Shown: piece after piece, positions 28,895-37,355 of the stretch | How the letters are laid out: every line of letters starts with the position of its first letter | How positions within the stretch are numbered: the first letter of the stretch is position 1 | IMG/VR virus record: IMGVR_UViG_3300038443_001477 | Coordinates: 1-64,000 of that record | DNA from: a virus | Lineage: Duplodnaviria; Caudoviricetes | DNA: 64,000 bases | Reading direction: 5' to 3' (one strand) | Position numbers and translations under genes: made by a program | The notes under the pieces: model-generated | What the model saw: only the letters and a program-made list of their open reading frames with translations | What the model was told of the DNA's origin: nothing | Database searches by the model: none

Positions 28895-30535
28895 TTACTT
28901 GACGAGGGGCTTGCGCTGTTGCTTGCCCTTCTCTTTCGCCAGCCGCTCCGCGTGTTGGCGGCCCTTGTCGGCCTCCTTGGCGGCGTGCTCGCGGGCCTTG
29001 TCGGCTTCGCTGGCCTGATGCTCCCGGTCGGCGTCGGCCTGATCGGCTTCGTGCTCCAGGCCCATCTCCATCTCCGCCATCGGCGCCATGACCTCGTCGT
29101 CGGCCTCTTCGATGGCCTCGTCGGTGATGTTGGTGAAGACGCCTGTCAGACGGCCCACCTGACGCAGCTCCCGGAGGCTGGTCTGGCGCCCGATGAGGCC
29201 GTTCTCGTAGGCCCCACCGATGGCATCGCCAACCGTCTTCGCGACGTTCGCCTTCTCCTCGGGCTTCATCTGCCAGAGCGAGGCGAAAGCCAACTCGAAG
29301 TCGTCACTCAGCGTGATCCCCTCGCTTGCCGCGATGCACCGGTAGGTCGTCGTGACGCCTGTGTGCATCTCGGCGTTCTGGTCCTGGCTGATGCCGTCGT
29401 AGTAATTCCGCATGTCGCTCTCGCCGGTGCTATTCAGGCCGGCCGGGCTCTGCCCGAGGAGGCGCGTCAGCGGGATCTGGAGCGCGCCGCTGAGTTGCAT
29501 GGCGAACTGCATCAGGATGTCGTCGAGGCCCGAGAAGGTGCCGGCGCTGCCTTGCACATCGAGTTCGTCGGAGGCGTCGATCAGCGAGAGGCCCTCGATG
29601 TTCTGGAAGCGCCGCATGTTCTCGGTGTAGGCGACGAGGCCCTGGAGAGCAGCGCCGCCGGCCGCCACGATGTCACGGAGGCCCTCCACCTTGAGCGTGC
29701 GCAGGAAGGCCTTGTAGACCAGTTGCGCGGCGCCGCTGCTGGCGCTGTCGTAGGAGAGCATGCGGTCGTTGATGCGCTCCAGAACGCTCTCGCCCCAGAG
29801 GTTCTCCGTGAGGGCTTGGTTGTAGGGGAGCTGGATGCCGATGTGACGCAAGGCGATGCGGCTATAGTGGATGACCGCGCCACGCAGGGCGGGCGCATTG
29901 ACATGCACCTTGTAATACTTCGGCAGCCCCAGATCCGGGCCGAGGTCGGTGACCAGATCGGTGAGGTCGGGCTCCAGCATCCAGCGGTCGAGGACCAGCA
30001 GCCCCTTGTACTGGCCCGCCCCGATCGTCTCCGTGCGGAGCGGGGTGCGGAAGTCCTGGCCCTCCACCATGTGCACAGCGATGCCTCCCCCGTAGAGGCG
30101 CCCCCACTTGATCGCCTCCGCCAGCTTCGGCCAGATAGCGAGCTTGGTGGCGCATTGCTCCATGCAGGCGGCGTCCTCTGGGGCGAGCTCCGTGACAAAC
30201 TCCACCCCGGCTCGCGTCATGTCCTCGGCGACGCAGTCGATGGCGGCGCCCGCCAGCCAGGAGCCGCGGTACATCCATTCCAGCAACTGCCTGTTGCGCG
30301 TGATGGGGTTGAAGCCGTAGCTCGCGGTCGTCAGCGGGTTGTCGGCGCCGACCCCCATCTTGTGCGCGAGGTTGATGAAGTTATCCATCGTCACCGGGGC
30401 GACGAGGGGCTGGCCGCTGGTGGGGCTCTTGCTCGCCTTGACGCCCGGCTTCGGGCTGGGGAAGGCCGCAGCCCTGGCCTTGGCGTCATCACGCGTCGCC
30501 TGACGCGCCAACGCCTTTACTGAGGTCTTCCTCAT
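28895..30535 (-). CDS. portal protein (DUF1073-like)
   Basis: DNF.NL..K.G, L...YR.SWLA...ID..A.DMTR.G, W.RLYGG, IP.TRLLGQSP.GLNSTGESD.RNYYD. Confidence 0.9.
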   Translation of the reverse strand: MRKTSVKALARQATRDDAKARAAAFPSPKPGVKASKSPTSGQPLVAPVTMDNFINLAHKMGVGADNPLTTASYGFNPITRNRQLLEWMYRGSWLAGAAIDCVAEDMTRAGVEFVTELAPEDAACMEQCATKLAIWPKLAEAIKWGRLYGGGIAVHMVEGQDFRTPLRTETIGAGQYKGLLVLDRWMLEPDLTDLVTDLGPDLGLPKYYKVHVNAPALRGAVIHYSRIALRHIGIQLPYNQALTENLWGESVLERINDRMLSYDSASSGAAQLVYKAFLRTLKVEGLRDIVAAGGAALQGLVAYTENMRRFQNIEGLSLIDASDELDVQGSAGTFSGLDDILMQFAMQLSGALQIPLTRLLGQSPAGLNSTGESDMRNYYDGISQDQNAEMHTGVTTTYRCIAASEGITLSDDFELAFASLWQMKPEEKANVAKTVGDAIGGAYENGLIGRQTSLRELRQVGRLTGVFTNITDEAIEEADDEVMAPMAEMEMGLEHEADQADADREHQASEADKAREHAAKEADKGRQHAERLAKEKGKQQRKPLVK

Positions 30536-30545
30536 GCTGTGCTCC

Positions 30546-30572
30546 AAAAGAAAAAGCCGCCCGAGGGCGGCT
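30546..30572 (-). terminator. intrinsic terminator
   Basis: AGCCGCC-CTCG-GGCGGCT then TTTTCTTTT. Confidence 0.75.
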
Positions 30573-30598
30573 GGTGGCGAAGAAGCGGAGAAGGGCTT

Positions 30599-30913
30599 TT
30601 ACGCGTCCTTCCCGAACTTCTGCTTGTGCGCCTTCTCCAAGGCGTCCAGCTCGCGCTCGGTCTTGAAGACGTCGGCGCGGTGGTTGTGGTAGTGGACGGG
30701 GGAGACCTTCTTCGCCCGCATGTTCTCCACCAGCTTGCGTAGCTTCTTGATCTTCGCCGCGCTGGCGGCTTCCTCGCCACCTTCGCCAGAGGAGGAGGAG
30801 GAGGAGCCACCCGAGCCGAACTTGCCATCAGGGGCGCGCGGGTGCTTGCTCTCCTGCCAGTTATCGCTGGTGGCGGCGGAGTGGTGGATGTGGACGTGGA
30901 TGTCGCGACGCAT
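30599..30913 (-). CDS. small internal head protein with HPR..DGKF motif
   Basis: IHVHIH, WQESKHPRAPDGKFGSGG, basic C-terminal helices. Confidence 0.65.
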   Translation of the reverse strand: MRRDIHVHIHHSAATSDNWQESKHPRAPDGKFGSGGSSSSSSGEGGEEAASAAKIKKLRKLVENMRAKKVSPVHYHNHRADVFKTERELDALEKAHKQKFGKDA

Positions 30914-30952
30914 GTTTCGTTTCCTTTCCTTTTATGGGAGCACGCCCCAATG

Positions 30953-31321
30953 CTAAACCGTAGCGGGCTGCACCAGCTTGAGCCCCAAGGCTGCGAGAGC
31001 CTGCACCTCTTGCCCTTGCGCGTCGGCGCGGATCGTGACGGCCGCGTAGAGCGCCTGGATCTGCGCCAGCGTGATGGTGCTGCCGCCCGCCGCCTGGTAG
31101 GCGGCAAACGTCGCGGCGGCGTCTCCCAGCAGCGCGGCGAGCTGGGAGTCGACCATGCCGGTACTGACCCAGTGCGTCGGAGCGCCCGTGCCGGTCGCGC
31201 TGAGGCCGGTCAGCCAGAGGCCGTCGGCCGCTCCCTGCGGGGAGACCTGGAGCGCCAGGGCGCGGGCCGTGGCCTTCTGGGAGTCGGGCACGACCATGAA
31301 GCGGTGAATCATTGCGGTCAT
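30953..31321 (-). CDS. virion accessory protein (partner of upstream LamG-like protein)
   Basis: ATGA overlap; GLSATG..PATHW.STG pattern. Confidence 0.55.
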   Translation of the reverse strand: MTAMIHRFMVVPDSQKATARALALQVSPQGAADGLWLTGLSATGTGAPTHWVSTGMVDSQLAALLGDAAATFAAYQAAGGSTITLAQIQALYAAVTIRADAQGQEVQALAALGLKLVQPATV

Positions 31322-32520
31322 AGCGCGATCCCCATGCGAGAGCCCACGAAGCGCTCGACGCGGGCTCGCGTGGCTGCGTCCGTGGCAGCGCCGCGCCCGA
31401 GCAATTGGTAGGTGCGGCCGTTGAAGGGGATCGTGTTGTTTCCCCGCTTGAACGCGTTGAGTGGTTGCGCTGCGAAGTTGCCCGTGCCCTGAGACAGGGA
31501 GTTTGACGCCGCGAGGGCTCCATTCACGTACAGGCTCATCGACGGCGCCGCGATGTCGGATGCGCCCGTCAGCACGTTGAAGATCGGGGCCGGGAAGCTG
31601 GCCGCCGACTGCGCGCCGCCGCCCGGGGTCGTGCCACCGCTGCGCCACTGGTAGTTTCCAGAGCCGGCCGTCACTGGCGCGAACATGCCGAAGGTGCCCG
31701 GCGTCGTGGCGCTTGTTGAAGAAAGCTCCAGAAGCGCGGCGGCCGTCACATCCGAGGCTTTCATGATTCCAGCCCACACGGTCATTTGAGCCGTGCCGCT
31801 GAAGTCCACGTTGCCAGTCGTCGCCATGCCGTCGTCAGTGCCGTCCGTGGACCAGTACATGAAGCCGTTGGCGTCCACCTGGAGGATCGGCCGACTCGTC
31901 GTCGTGCCCTGCGTGAGGTGGTTGCCGAAAATCTGCATCACAGACAGGTTGTCGACGACGAAGGTCTCCCCGTTCAGCGCGCCCGGCATGAGGAACGAGA
32001 GCGGCGTGGAGCCGCCACGAGTGGCGAGGAACTTCTTGCCGGTTCCTACCGAGCCGATGACGTTAGTGGCAACGCATGTCACGTTGACGCTACGCGAGGC
32101 GGAAATGAGGTCGTAGACGGCCTCATAGACGTCCGCAGAAGTCCCGCCGACAGCATTGGCGGAATGGGAGGCCTGTGCATTGCCGACCCCGTTAGCGGTT
32201 ACCACCAATTGCCCGTTGACCACGGCACCCGTGCAGTTCGTGAAGGTCCACGCGCTCAAGTCGGCGGTATCGAAGCCTCCGTTGACGATCTTCTGCGGGC
32301 CCCGCGTCAGCCCGAGGTGCTTGTCCAGCACGAGGCCCACGGCCTGCCCCACAGCCGTCACCGGCGTCGTGCCCAGGCTATCTTGGAACTGCGTGCTCAG
32401 ATCGGCGGGGTCGTACCAGAAGCCCTGCTCGCCCGCGCCCCAGAGCAGCAGCAGTATGGAGCCCCGGCGGCCCGCGCGCTGGTGGGGCGGCGCGACCGGG
32501 GACCGCGTGACGGCGGCCAT
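31318..32520 (-). CDS. virion fibre protein with carbohydrate-binding/LamG-like domains
   Basis: G.WYDP.D.ST.FQD..GTTPVTA.GQ.VGL.LDK N-terminus, beta-rich modules. Confidence 0.7.
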   Translation of the reverse strand: MAAVTRSPVAPPHQRAGRRGSILLLLWGAGEQGFWYDPADLSTQFQDSLGTTPVTAVGQAVGLVLDKHLGLTRGPQKIVNGGFDTADLSAWTFTNCTGAVVNGQLVVTANGVGNAQASHSANAVGGTSADVYEAVYDLISASRSVNVTCVATNVIGSVGTGKKFLATRGGSTPLSFLMPGALNGETFVVDNLSVMQIFGNHLTQGTTTSRPILQVDANGFMYWSTDGTDDGMATTGNVDFSGTAQMTVWAGIMKASDVTAAALLELSSTSATTPGTFGMFAPVTAGSGNYQWRSGGTTPGGGAQSAASFPAPIFNVLTGASDIAAPSMSLYVNGALAASNSLSQGTGNFAAQPLNAFKRGNNTIPFNGRTYQLLGRGAATDAATRARVERFVGSRMGIAL

Positions 32521-32804
32521 CAGCTCTTGTCCACGCCCGCGATGCCGACGCTGGCCCGCCGGATGACGCGAAAGGTGCCGGGGCCGATGATGTTCTGCGC
32601 GGGCGTCAGCACGTTCATGCGCGCGCCCGGGATGCCGATGTAGTCGCCGCCGCTGGTCTTGATCTGCACATCCGCGACCGCGTCTGCGGGGAGCGCGCCC
32701 TGGCCCGTGGCGGGCTTGAGGTTGACCGTGGCGCTGGCGCCGTCGGCGAGGATGATGTCGGCGCCAGCGGTCTCCGCGGTGCCGGGGGCGAGGTATTCAG
32801 CCAT
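32520..32804 (-). CDS. small virion-module beta protein
   Basis: GGGAG RBS; I.GPGTFRV.R..S...GVD pattern. Confidence 0.6.
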   Translation of the reverse strand: MAEYLAPGTAETAGADIILADGASATVNLKPATGQGALPADAVADVQIKTSGGDYIGIPGARMNVLTPAQNIIGPGTFRVIRRASVGIAGVDKS

Positions 32805-32839
32805 GTCTGGGATCTCCCAACTGAGAGGGGGTTGATAGG

Positions 32840-33070
32840 TTAGAGGCCGCGCTCCTCGCGCTCCTTCTCCTGGAGCCACTCAAGGAGGCGCGTCTTGTAG
32901 GCGTAGCAGTGCGGGAAGTCGCCGGGCGGGCATCTGACGGCCTCCACACGCGCGATTGCCTGGGAGGGGCTATCGGAGGCCCTCCCGGCGAAGAAGAGCC
33001 GCTCGCAGAGCGTTCTGTTCTCCCTCCAGGCCTTGCCCTTGGCCGGATGCGGGTAGGGCCAGGGCGCCAC
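32840..33070 (-). CDS. hypothetical protein
   Basis: GTG start overlapping upstream TAG. Confidence 0.45.
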   Translation of the reverse strand: MAPWPYPHPAKGKAWRENRTLCERLFFAGRASDSPSQAIARVEAVRCPPGDFPHCYAYKTRLLEWLQEKEREERGL

Positions 33071-33243
33071 TAACGCGTCACCCAGAAAAAGAGCAACAGC
33101 CAGAGCGGCCACAGGACGACCAGCATCACGCGCTTTGTCCAGCGGCCGACAGGCGGATGCCGGGCAAGGCCTGGGGTCGTGCGGATCACAATCAGCGCGC
33201 CCAGGAGCAGGTAGAGGAGGAAGAGGATCAGCGTGACCGACAT
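33070..33243 (-). CDS. small two-TM membrane protein (57 aa; not in supplied ORF track)
   Basis: MSVTLILFLLYLLLGALIVI...VMLVVLWPLWLLLFFWVTR; AGGAAGGAGG RBS. Confidence 0.6.
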   Translation of the reverse strand: MSVTLILFLLYLLLGALIVIRTTPGLARHPPVGRWTKRVMLVVLWPLWLLLFFWVTR

Positions 33244-33247
33244 GGCC

Positions 33248-33526
33248 CTAGCCCTCCTTCCTGGCGGCGCGCTTCTTCCGCCGCACGATGAAGCGCATGG
33301 AGTTGGTGGGGAAGAGGCCGCGCAAGCCGTTGGGCGTGTAGAGCATCTCGGCTCCGCTGGCCTGGACCTTCTTCACCGCCTCGCTCTGAGCCCTCAGGAG
33401 GAGGGCCTGGGCCTCGTCCTTGGTGGCCGGGTCGCTGGCGAGGGCCTCCACCTTCCTCAGATACTCAGCGCGCTCCTCCGCTGATGCCGGCCTCGGGTCG
33501 CCCTCGTGGCTGCTTTGCATTTCCAT
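33248..33526 (-). CDS. hypothetical protein
   Basis: AGGAG RBS; helical, basic C-terminus. Confidence 0.55.
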   Translation of the reverse strand: MEMQSSHEGDPRPASAEERAEYLRKVEALASDPATKDEAQALLLRAQSEAVKKVQASGAEMLYTPNGLRGLFPTNSMRFIVRRKKRAARKEG

Positions 33527-33555
33527 GTTGTCGCTCTCCTATGAAATAGGTAACG

Positions 33556-34887
33556 TCAGTGGCGGGCATCCTGGGCTTGCCTGCCCAACTTCTCCCACAC
33601 CCCCTGCGGGCCGCCCTTCTGGATCTGGCCGTCATGCCCGTAGCGCACGCTGTCCCAGGCGTGATTGTGTGCGTCGATGAGGATGGGTAGCACAATGGGC
33701 TGCCCGTGCTCGTCGACCCGCTTGGGATCGGTCTTCCAGCGCCAGAGGTAGGCCTCTTTTGCCGTGGCTTGGCAGCGTGGGTGGATGCGGATCTCCTTGA
33801 AGCCCCGCAGATAGCGGATGCCGTCCTCCACGCTCCCCTGCCACTTCTCGGCCGGATAGGTGCGGAAGCCGCGCTTCTTCAGGTGCGCGATGGTGCCCGG
33901 AGCCGAGGCATCGCTGCCAATGGGCCAGTCGTGTACGCCGGGCACGCTCTCCAGGAATTCCGGCATGTCATCCAGCTCGACGCCGCTCCCGTAGGCCTCG
34001 TGACTGATGTAGAGGACCAGGTCATCCCTGCGCTTCTCCTCATTCCACTCCTCCAGCACAAAGGAGCGTGTGAGCGCCATGGGATCGGTGTTGCCGAAGT
34101 CGAGGCCATAGCGCAAGGTGGCCGGGCCACAGGGCTTGCCGCGGTAGCCGTCGCGGCGCAGCCAGATGTCGTCGTCGAAGTCGACGACCCTGTACTTCCG
34201 GTTGAGCACGATGGCGTTACTAATGCGCTTCGGCGCCCCAAGCCAGACGTGCTCGTAGAGCTCGTAGTCGTATTCCTTGTCGAACTCCATCTCCTCCCGT
34301 AGCTCGTCGGAGAAGAAGGGGTTGGAGTCGTAATTGACTTTGTGGCAAATGATGCGCGAGGGGTCGCGCTGGGCTACTACAAAGCGCCTGTAGGTGGCGT
34401 CGTTCTCCTCGTTCATGTTGAACGAGATCCAGATCTCTGAGCCCGCCTTGCGGATGGTCGGAATTATCACGCGCCAGCTCGCCTCACTAATCGTGTGCGC
34501 TTCCTCCGCCCAGACTATGTCGATGCCCTCTACGGAGCGGATGTTGTCGATGTTGCCGAAGCAGCCCTTAAACGTGAACTCGCTCCCCACCTTGGAGCGA
34601 ATCTCGTTCTTGGTAATCTCGAACCACGACTCCAGGCCGAGGCGCCGAATCGTGTCGGCGAGGACCTTGTGGCTGGAATCTTTGATGGAGTTCTGGTACT
34701 CGCGGAGGCAGAGAATGCGGAGCGGCACCGCCGCCGCTAACCTAATAAGCGCCTCCGCGATGGCCCAACTCTTCCCCGAGCCCCGGCCGCCCCAGTAGAC
34801 CTTGTAGCGAGCCTTCTTATAGTAGAGGTCGGAGAAGACGTGATTCTTGTCCAGTACCAGCGAGGTGCCGACCGGAATCTCCGGCAT
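33556..34887 (-). CDS. terL: terminase large subunit (PBSX-like)
   Basis: Walker A GGRGSGKS, REYQNSIKDS, Walker B WAEEA, nuclease YGLDFG..DP, D.HNHAWDSVRY; GAGGAG RBS at ATG 34887. Confidence 0.92.
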   Translation of the reverse strand: MPEIPVGTSLVLDKNHVFSDLYYKKARYKVYWGGRGSGKSWAIAEALIRLAAAVPLRILCLREYQNSIKDSSHKVLADTIRRLGLESWFEITKNEIRSKVGSEFTFKGCFGNIDNIRSVEGIDIVWAEEAHTISEASWRVIIPTIRKAGSEIWISFNMNEENDATYRRFVVAQRDPSRIICHKVNYDSNPFFSDELREEMEFDKEYDYELYEHVWLGAPKRISNAIVLNRKYRVVDFDDDIWLRRDGYRGKPCGPATLRYGLDFGNTDPMALTRSFVLEEWNEEKRRDDLVLYISHEAYGSGVELDDMPEFLESVPGVHDWPIGSDASAPGTIAHLKKRGFRTYPAEKWQGSVEDGIRYLRGFKEIRIHPRCQATAKEAYLWRWKTDPKRVDEHGQPIVLPILIDAHNHAWDSVRYGHDGQIQKGGPQGVWEKLGRQAQDARH

Positions 34888-34939
34888 GCGCTCCTCGTTA
34901 TCACGCGAGGCGGAGCCCGCCTCCTCTACTAGCTGGAGC

Positions 34940-35398
34940 CTATGCTTCTTGATCCGGTTCCGTCTCGCTGCCTCCGCCAATAGCAAGGTCAACGCCTGCT
35001 TCGGCGGCAGCGCTCTTAATGAGTTCGTTGAGATCGCCATCGCTTACCCCACTGAGCAATTCCACCGTGGACATCTTCGGCGCGTAGTAAGGGGCCGCTG
35101 CCTTGGCGGCGTCCTTGGCCGTGTCGACGTCGATCTCCTGATAGGTCTCCACATGGTCGCCGGTGGGCAGCACCTTGACGATGCGCACCGGCTCCCCGCG
35201 TGCCATGGAGAGGAGGATCTCGTGTGGGAGTAAGCCGGTGCGGGCTGCTGCCTCCCGAGCCGCCTGACTCAACCTATTCAGGGAGCCCGGGGGGCGGCCT
35301 CCCTTGTTGCCGGGGTTGCCCTTGTTGAAGGCGCGGCCGTCTAGCCACGGAATGCGCTTCCGGCCGCCACCCTTGCCTTGAGAAACGGTGTTATTCAT
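34940..35398 (-). CDS. terS: terminase small subunit
   Basis: GGRPPGS.N N-terminus, A.DAAKAAAPY..PK motif; upstream of terL. Confidence 0.75.
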   Translation of the reverse strand: MNNTVSQGKGGGRKRIPWLDGRAFNKGNPGNKGGRPPGSLNRLSQAAREAAARTGLLPHEILLSMARGEPVRIVKVLPTGDHVETYQEIDVDTAKDAAKAAAPYYAPKMSTVELLSGVSDGDLNELIKSAAAEAGVDLAIGGGSETEPDQEA

Positions 35399-35520
35399 CT
35401 CTTTGGTCTTCCTATCTGTGTAGGAGGTCTCGCAGTTGCCAGATAAGGGCTCAGCCGCGTACTAAGCTCTTACCTGGGTACTAAGAATTAACCTATTTAG
35501 GCCTGGGCCCGGCCTCCTGG

Positions 35521-35568
35521 CACCCCTAAACCCGGCTGGAACCCACGCCAGTGCTAGGTTTAGGGGTG
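35521..35568. repeat. 12-bp perfect inverted repeat upstream of terS
   Basis: CACCCCTAAACC (35521-35532) / GGTTTAGGGGTG (35557-35568). Confidence 0.85.
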
Positions 35569-35579
35569 GCCTGCTGCGC

Positions 35580-35810
35580 TCAGCGGCTCCTTGTTAGGCC
35601 CGGCCTGCCCGGGAGCGTGCGCCGCGGTTGCTCGCCTGCCGCCCCTGGTGCCCGCTTGGTAATGGAGAGGGGGCCGGTGAGGTCGCCACCCTGCCCACAC
35701 GAGGCGACGTTGCAGCGCCAGCGTGGACTCTGGCCCATGAGCTGGTACTCAGCGGGCCAGAGGTCATTACATCCGGGACAGTTGGCTCCCGGTGCCTTCT
35801 GCCTGTCCAA
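35580..35810 (-). CDS. possible zinc-ribbon protein
   Basis: CPGC...CNVASC; C-terminus low-complexity. Confidence 0.45.
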   Translation of the reverse strand: MDRQKAPGANCPGCNDLWPAEYQLMGQSPRWRCNVASCGQGGDLTGPLSITKRAPGAAGEQPRRTLPGRPGLTRSR

Positions 35811-35827
35811 GGCCGCCCACCCTTAGG

Positions 35828-36133
35828 TTAGGGTTGCGTGGCCGGGAGCTGGGCGGGCGCGTGATAGACGCGGACGCTGTGGGTGGCGCCGGAGCAAAAC
35901 GTCATGGCGCCCGCGCTCCACTGGCCGGTCAGGTGGCCGTAACACTCCACCACGACCTCCTGGTCGGGGGCGGGCTCGTCGACGGCTGCCACGTGTGCGT
36001 CGATGCTGGCGAGGGCAGCCCCGGCGTCGCGGGCGTGTTCCGGCATCTGCGCGAATTGCGTGGCGAGGGCGGCCTTGGCGCGCTGGGCGGCCTCGTGCTT
36101 GCTCTTGCCGCGTTGGGTGGTGCTGTAGCTCAT
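35828..36133 (-). CDS. hypothetical protein
   Basis: GGAG RBS; protein-like composition. Confidence 0.65.
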   Translation of the reverse strand: MSYSTTQRGKSKHEAAQRAKAALATQFAQMPEHARDAGAALASIDAHVAAVDEPAPDQEVVVECYGHLTGQWSAGAMTFCSGATHSVRVYHAPAQLPATQP

Positions 36134-36165
36134 GTGGGCGTTCTCCGATTAGGTTAGCTGGGTGG

Positions 36166-36214
36166 AAAAGAAAACGCCCTCCCCGGCCTAACCTAAAAGC
36201 CATGGGGAGGGCGT
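36166..36214 (-). terminator. intrinsic terminator
   Basis: 11-bp stem ACGCCCTCCCC/GGGGAGGGCGT then TTTCTTTT. Confidence 0.65.
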
Positions 36215-36220
36215 CACGAC

Positions 36221-36250
36221 AAAAAGAAGCGGCCCCCGAAGGAGCCGCCT
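36221..36250 (-). terminator. intrinsic terminator
   Basis: GCGGCTCC-TTCG-GGGGCCGC then TTCTTTTT. Confidence 0.8.
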
Positions 36251-36253
36251 AAG

Positions 36254-36410
36254 CCTAGTAGCTGGAGGGATCGAACCTCACCCCAGGGATTCCGGGCAGC
36301 CCCACAGAGGATGGGTAAACAGAAGCCGCCCGGCTCCCCTGGTCCGCCTCGCGTACTGCCCCGCTGCTCTCTTGCTGATGTTGAGAGGCCAGCTTCCGAC
36401 GCCGACTAGG
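36254..36410 (-). ncRNA. candidate structured ncRNA with T-loop motifs
   Basis: 5'/3' ends pair (CCTAGT/ACTAGG, AGCTGG/CCAGCT), long internal hairpin, GAGGTTCGATCCCTC T-arm, terminator immediately after; no family match. Confidence 0.45.
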
Positions 36411-36483
36411 TGGCCCCATTTTCGGGGAGTCGGCTGTAGATAGGCAAGTGCCTTACTGGGCCGTTTAGGGAGGCCCCTCTAGG

Positions 36484-36798
36484 TTACCTCCGCCTTTGGA
36501 GGGAGAGCCGGGCAAGTTGCGCGTGTAGCGCTGAGGCGCGGCGAGCGTTTTGCGTGTACTCGTGGCTCGCCCGGTTCAGCTTCCTCTCAGGTAACCTAAG
36601 TGGCTGCGCCTGGTCGACACATTCGTCACGCCATACCTGGAGGGGCCGAGAAGGGGCTTTCCCGGGCTCCTGGTGCTCGATCATCAGCGGAAGGCCCTCA
36701 GCATCGGCCAAGGCCTTCAAACGCTCCAAGAGGCGCCATGTCCGGGCGCGGGTAATGGGGCTAATGAAGAGGATCTTGTATGGCTTGCTCGCGGTCAT
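36484..36798 (-). CDS. hypothetical protein
   Basis: ATGA overlap with upstream gene. Confidence 0.5.
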   Translation of the reverse strand: MTASKPYKILFISPITRARTWRLLERLKALADAEGLPLMIEHQEPGKAPSRPLQVWRDECVDQAQPLRLPERKLNRASHEYTQNARRASALHAQLARLSLQRRR

Positions 36799-37355
36799 TG
36801 CTCAGCCTTCGCCAGGGCGTCCCACATCCTCAGCCCAGCCAGCCGGGCGAGGTCCATCACATCAACCGGGCCGAGCTGCGCGGCCTTCGGATTGCCCTGG
36901 GCTCTGCGGGCCAGCCACGCGATTGTCAGGCCCGTGTGATCCTCGCCGAGGAGGATAACCCCGCTCGCCTTCGGGAGCTTAGGCTCCAGGCTCTCACGCC
37001 CTTTGCGCCAGATGTCGGCCGGCATCGCGTAGTAATGCTTCCAGACCTTCGGCGGCCATTCGCGCATGCGCTGGTGCTTCCAGTCACCGGTCTTCATGTC
37101 CCAGGCCCTACGCTCCCACCACTTATCCTTCTTCGGATCGGCGAGGAGGTCGGCGCGGCTGATCTTGATCTCGATGTCAATCAGCCGCAGGCTCGGCTGG
37201 TGAATCGCCAGGAGGTCGGCTTCGTGGCCTGCCCAGTGGCATCGCGGCACGATGACGATCTTCCGCTGGAAGAGCTGGCTGTGCACCAAGGCCCTGCCGA
37301 TGCGAGCCTCACTCCAGGGCAGCGCCTCGGCCTCCACAAGCGGGAGTCGCCTCAT
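36795..37355 (-). CDS. PD-(D/E)XK nuclease-like protein (MmcB-like)
   Basis: EADLL.I....L..IDIEIKISRADLLAD..K.KW; YYAMP. Confidence 0.7.
   Translation of the reverse strand: MRRLPLVEAEALPWSEARIGRALVHSQLFQRKIVIVPRCHWAGHEADLLAIHQPSLRLIDIEIKISRADLLADPKKDKWWERRAWDMKTGDWKHQRMREWPPKVWKHYYAMPADIWRKGRESLEPKLPKASGVILLGEDHTGLTIAWLARRAQGNPKAAQLGPVDVMDLARLAGLRMWDALAKAEQ

Noticed and set aside
34888-35040. N-terminal extension of terL from ATG 35040
   Set aside because: Overlaps terS by about 100 nt; ATG 34887 has a GAGGAG RBS and precedes the conserved domain
36254-36310. Canonical tRNA or tmRNA gene
   Set aside because: T-arm present but no D-arm/anticodon arm at correct spacing, no CCA, no tag ORF; kept only as unclassified ncRNA candidate
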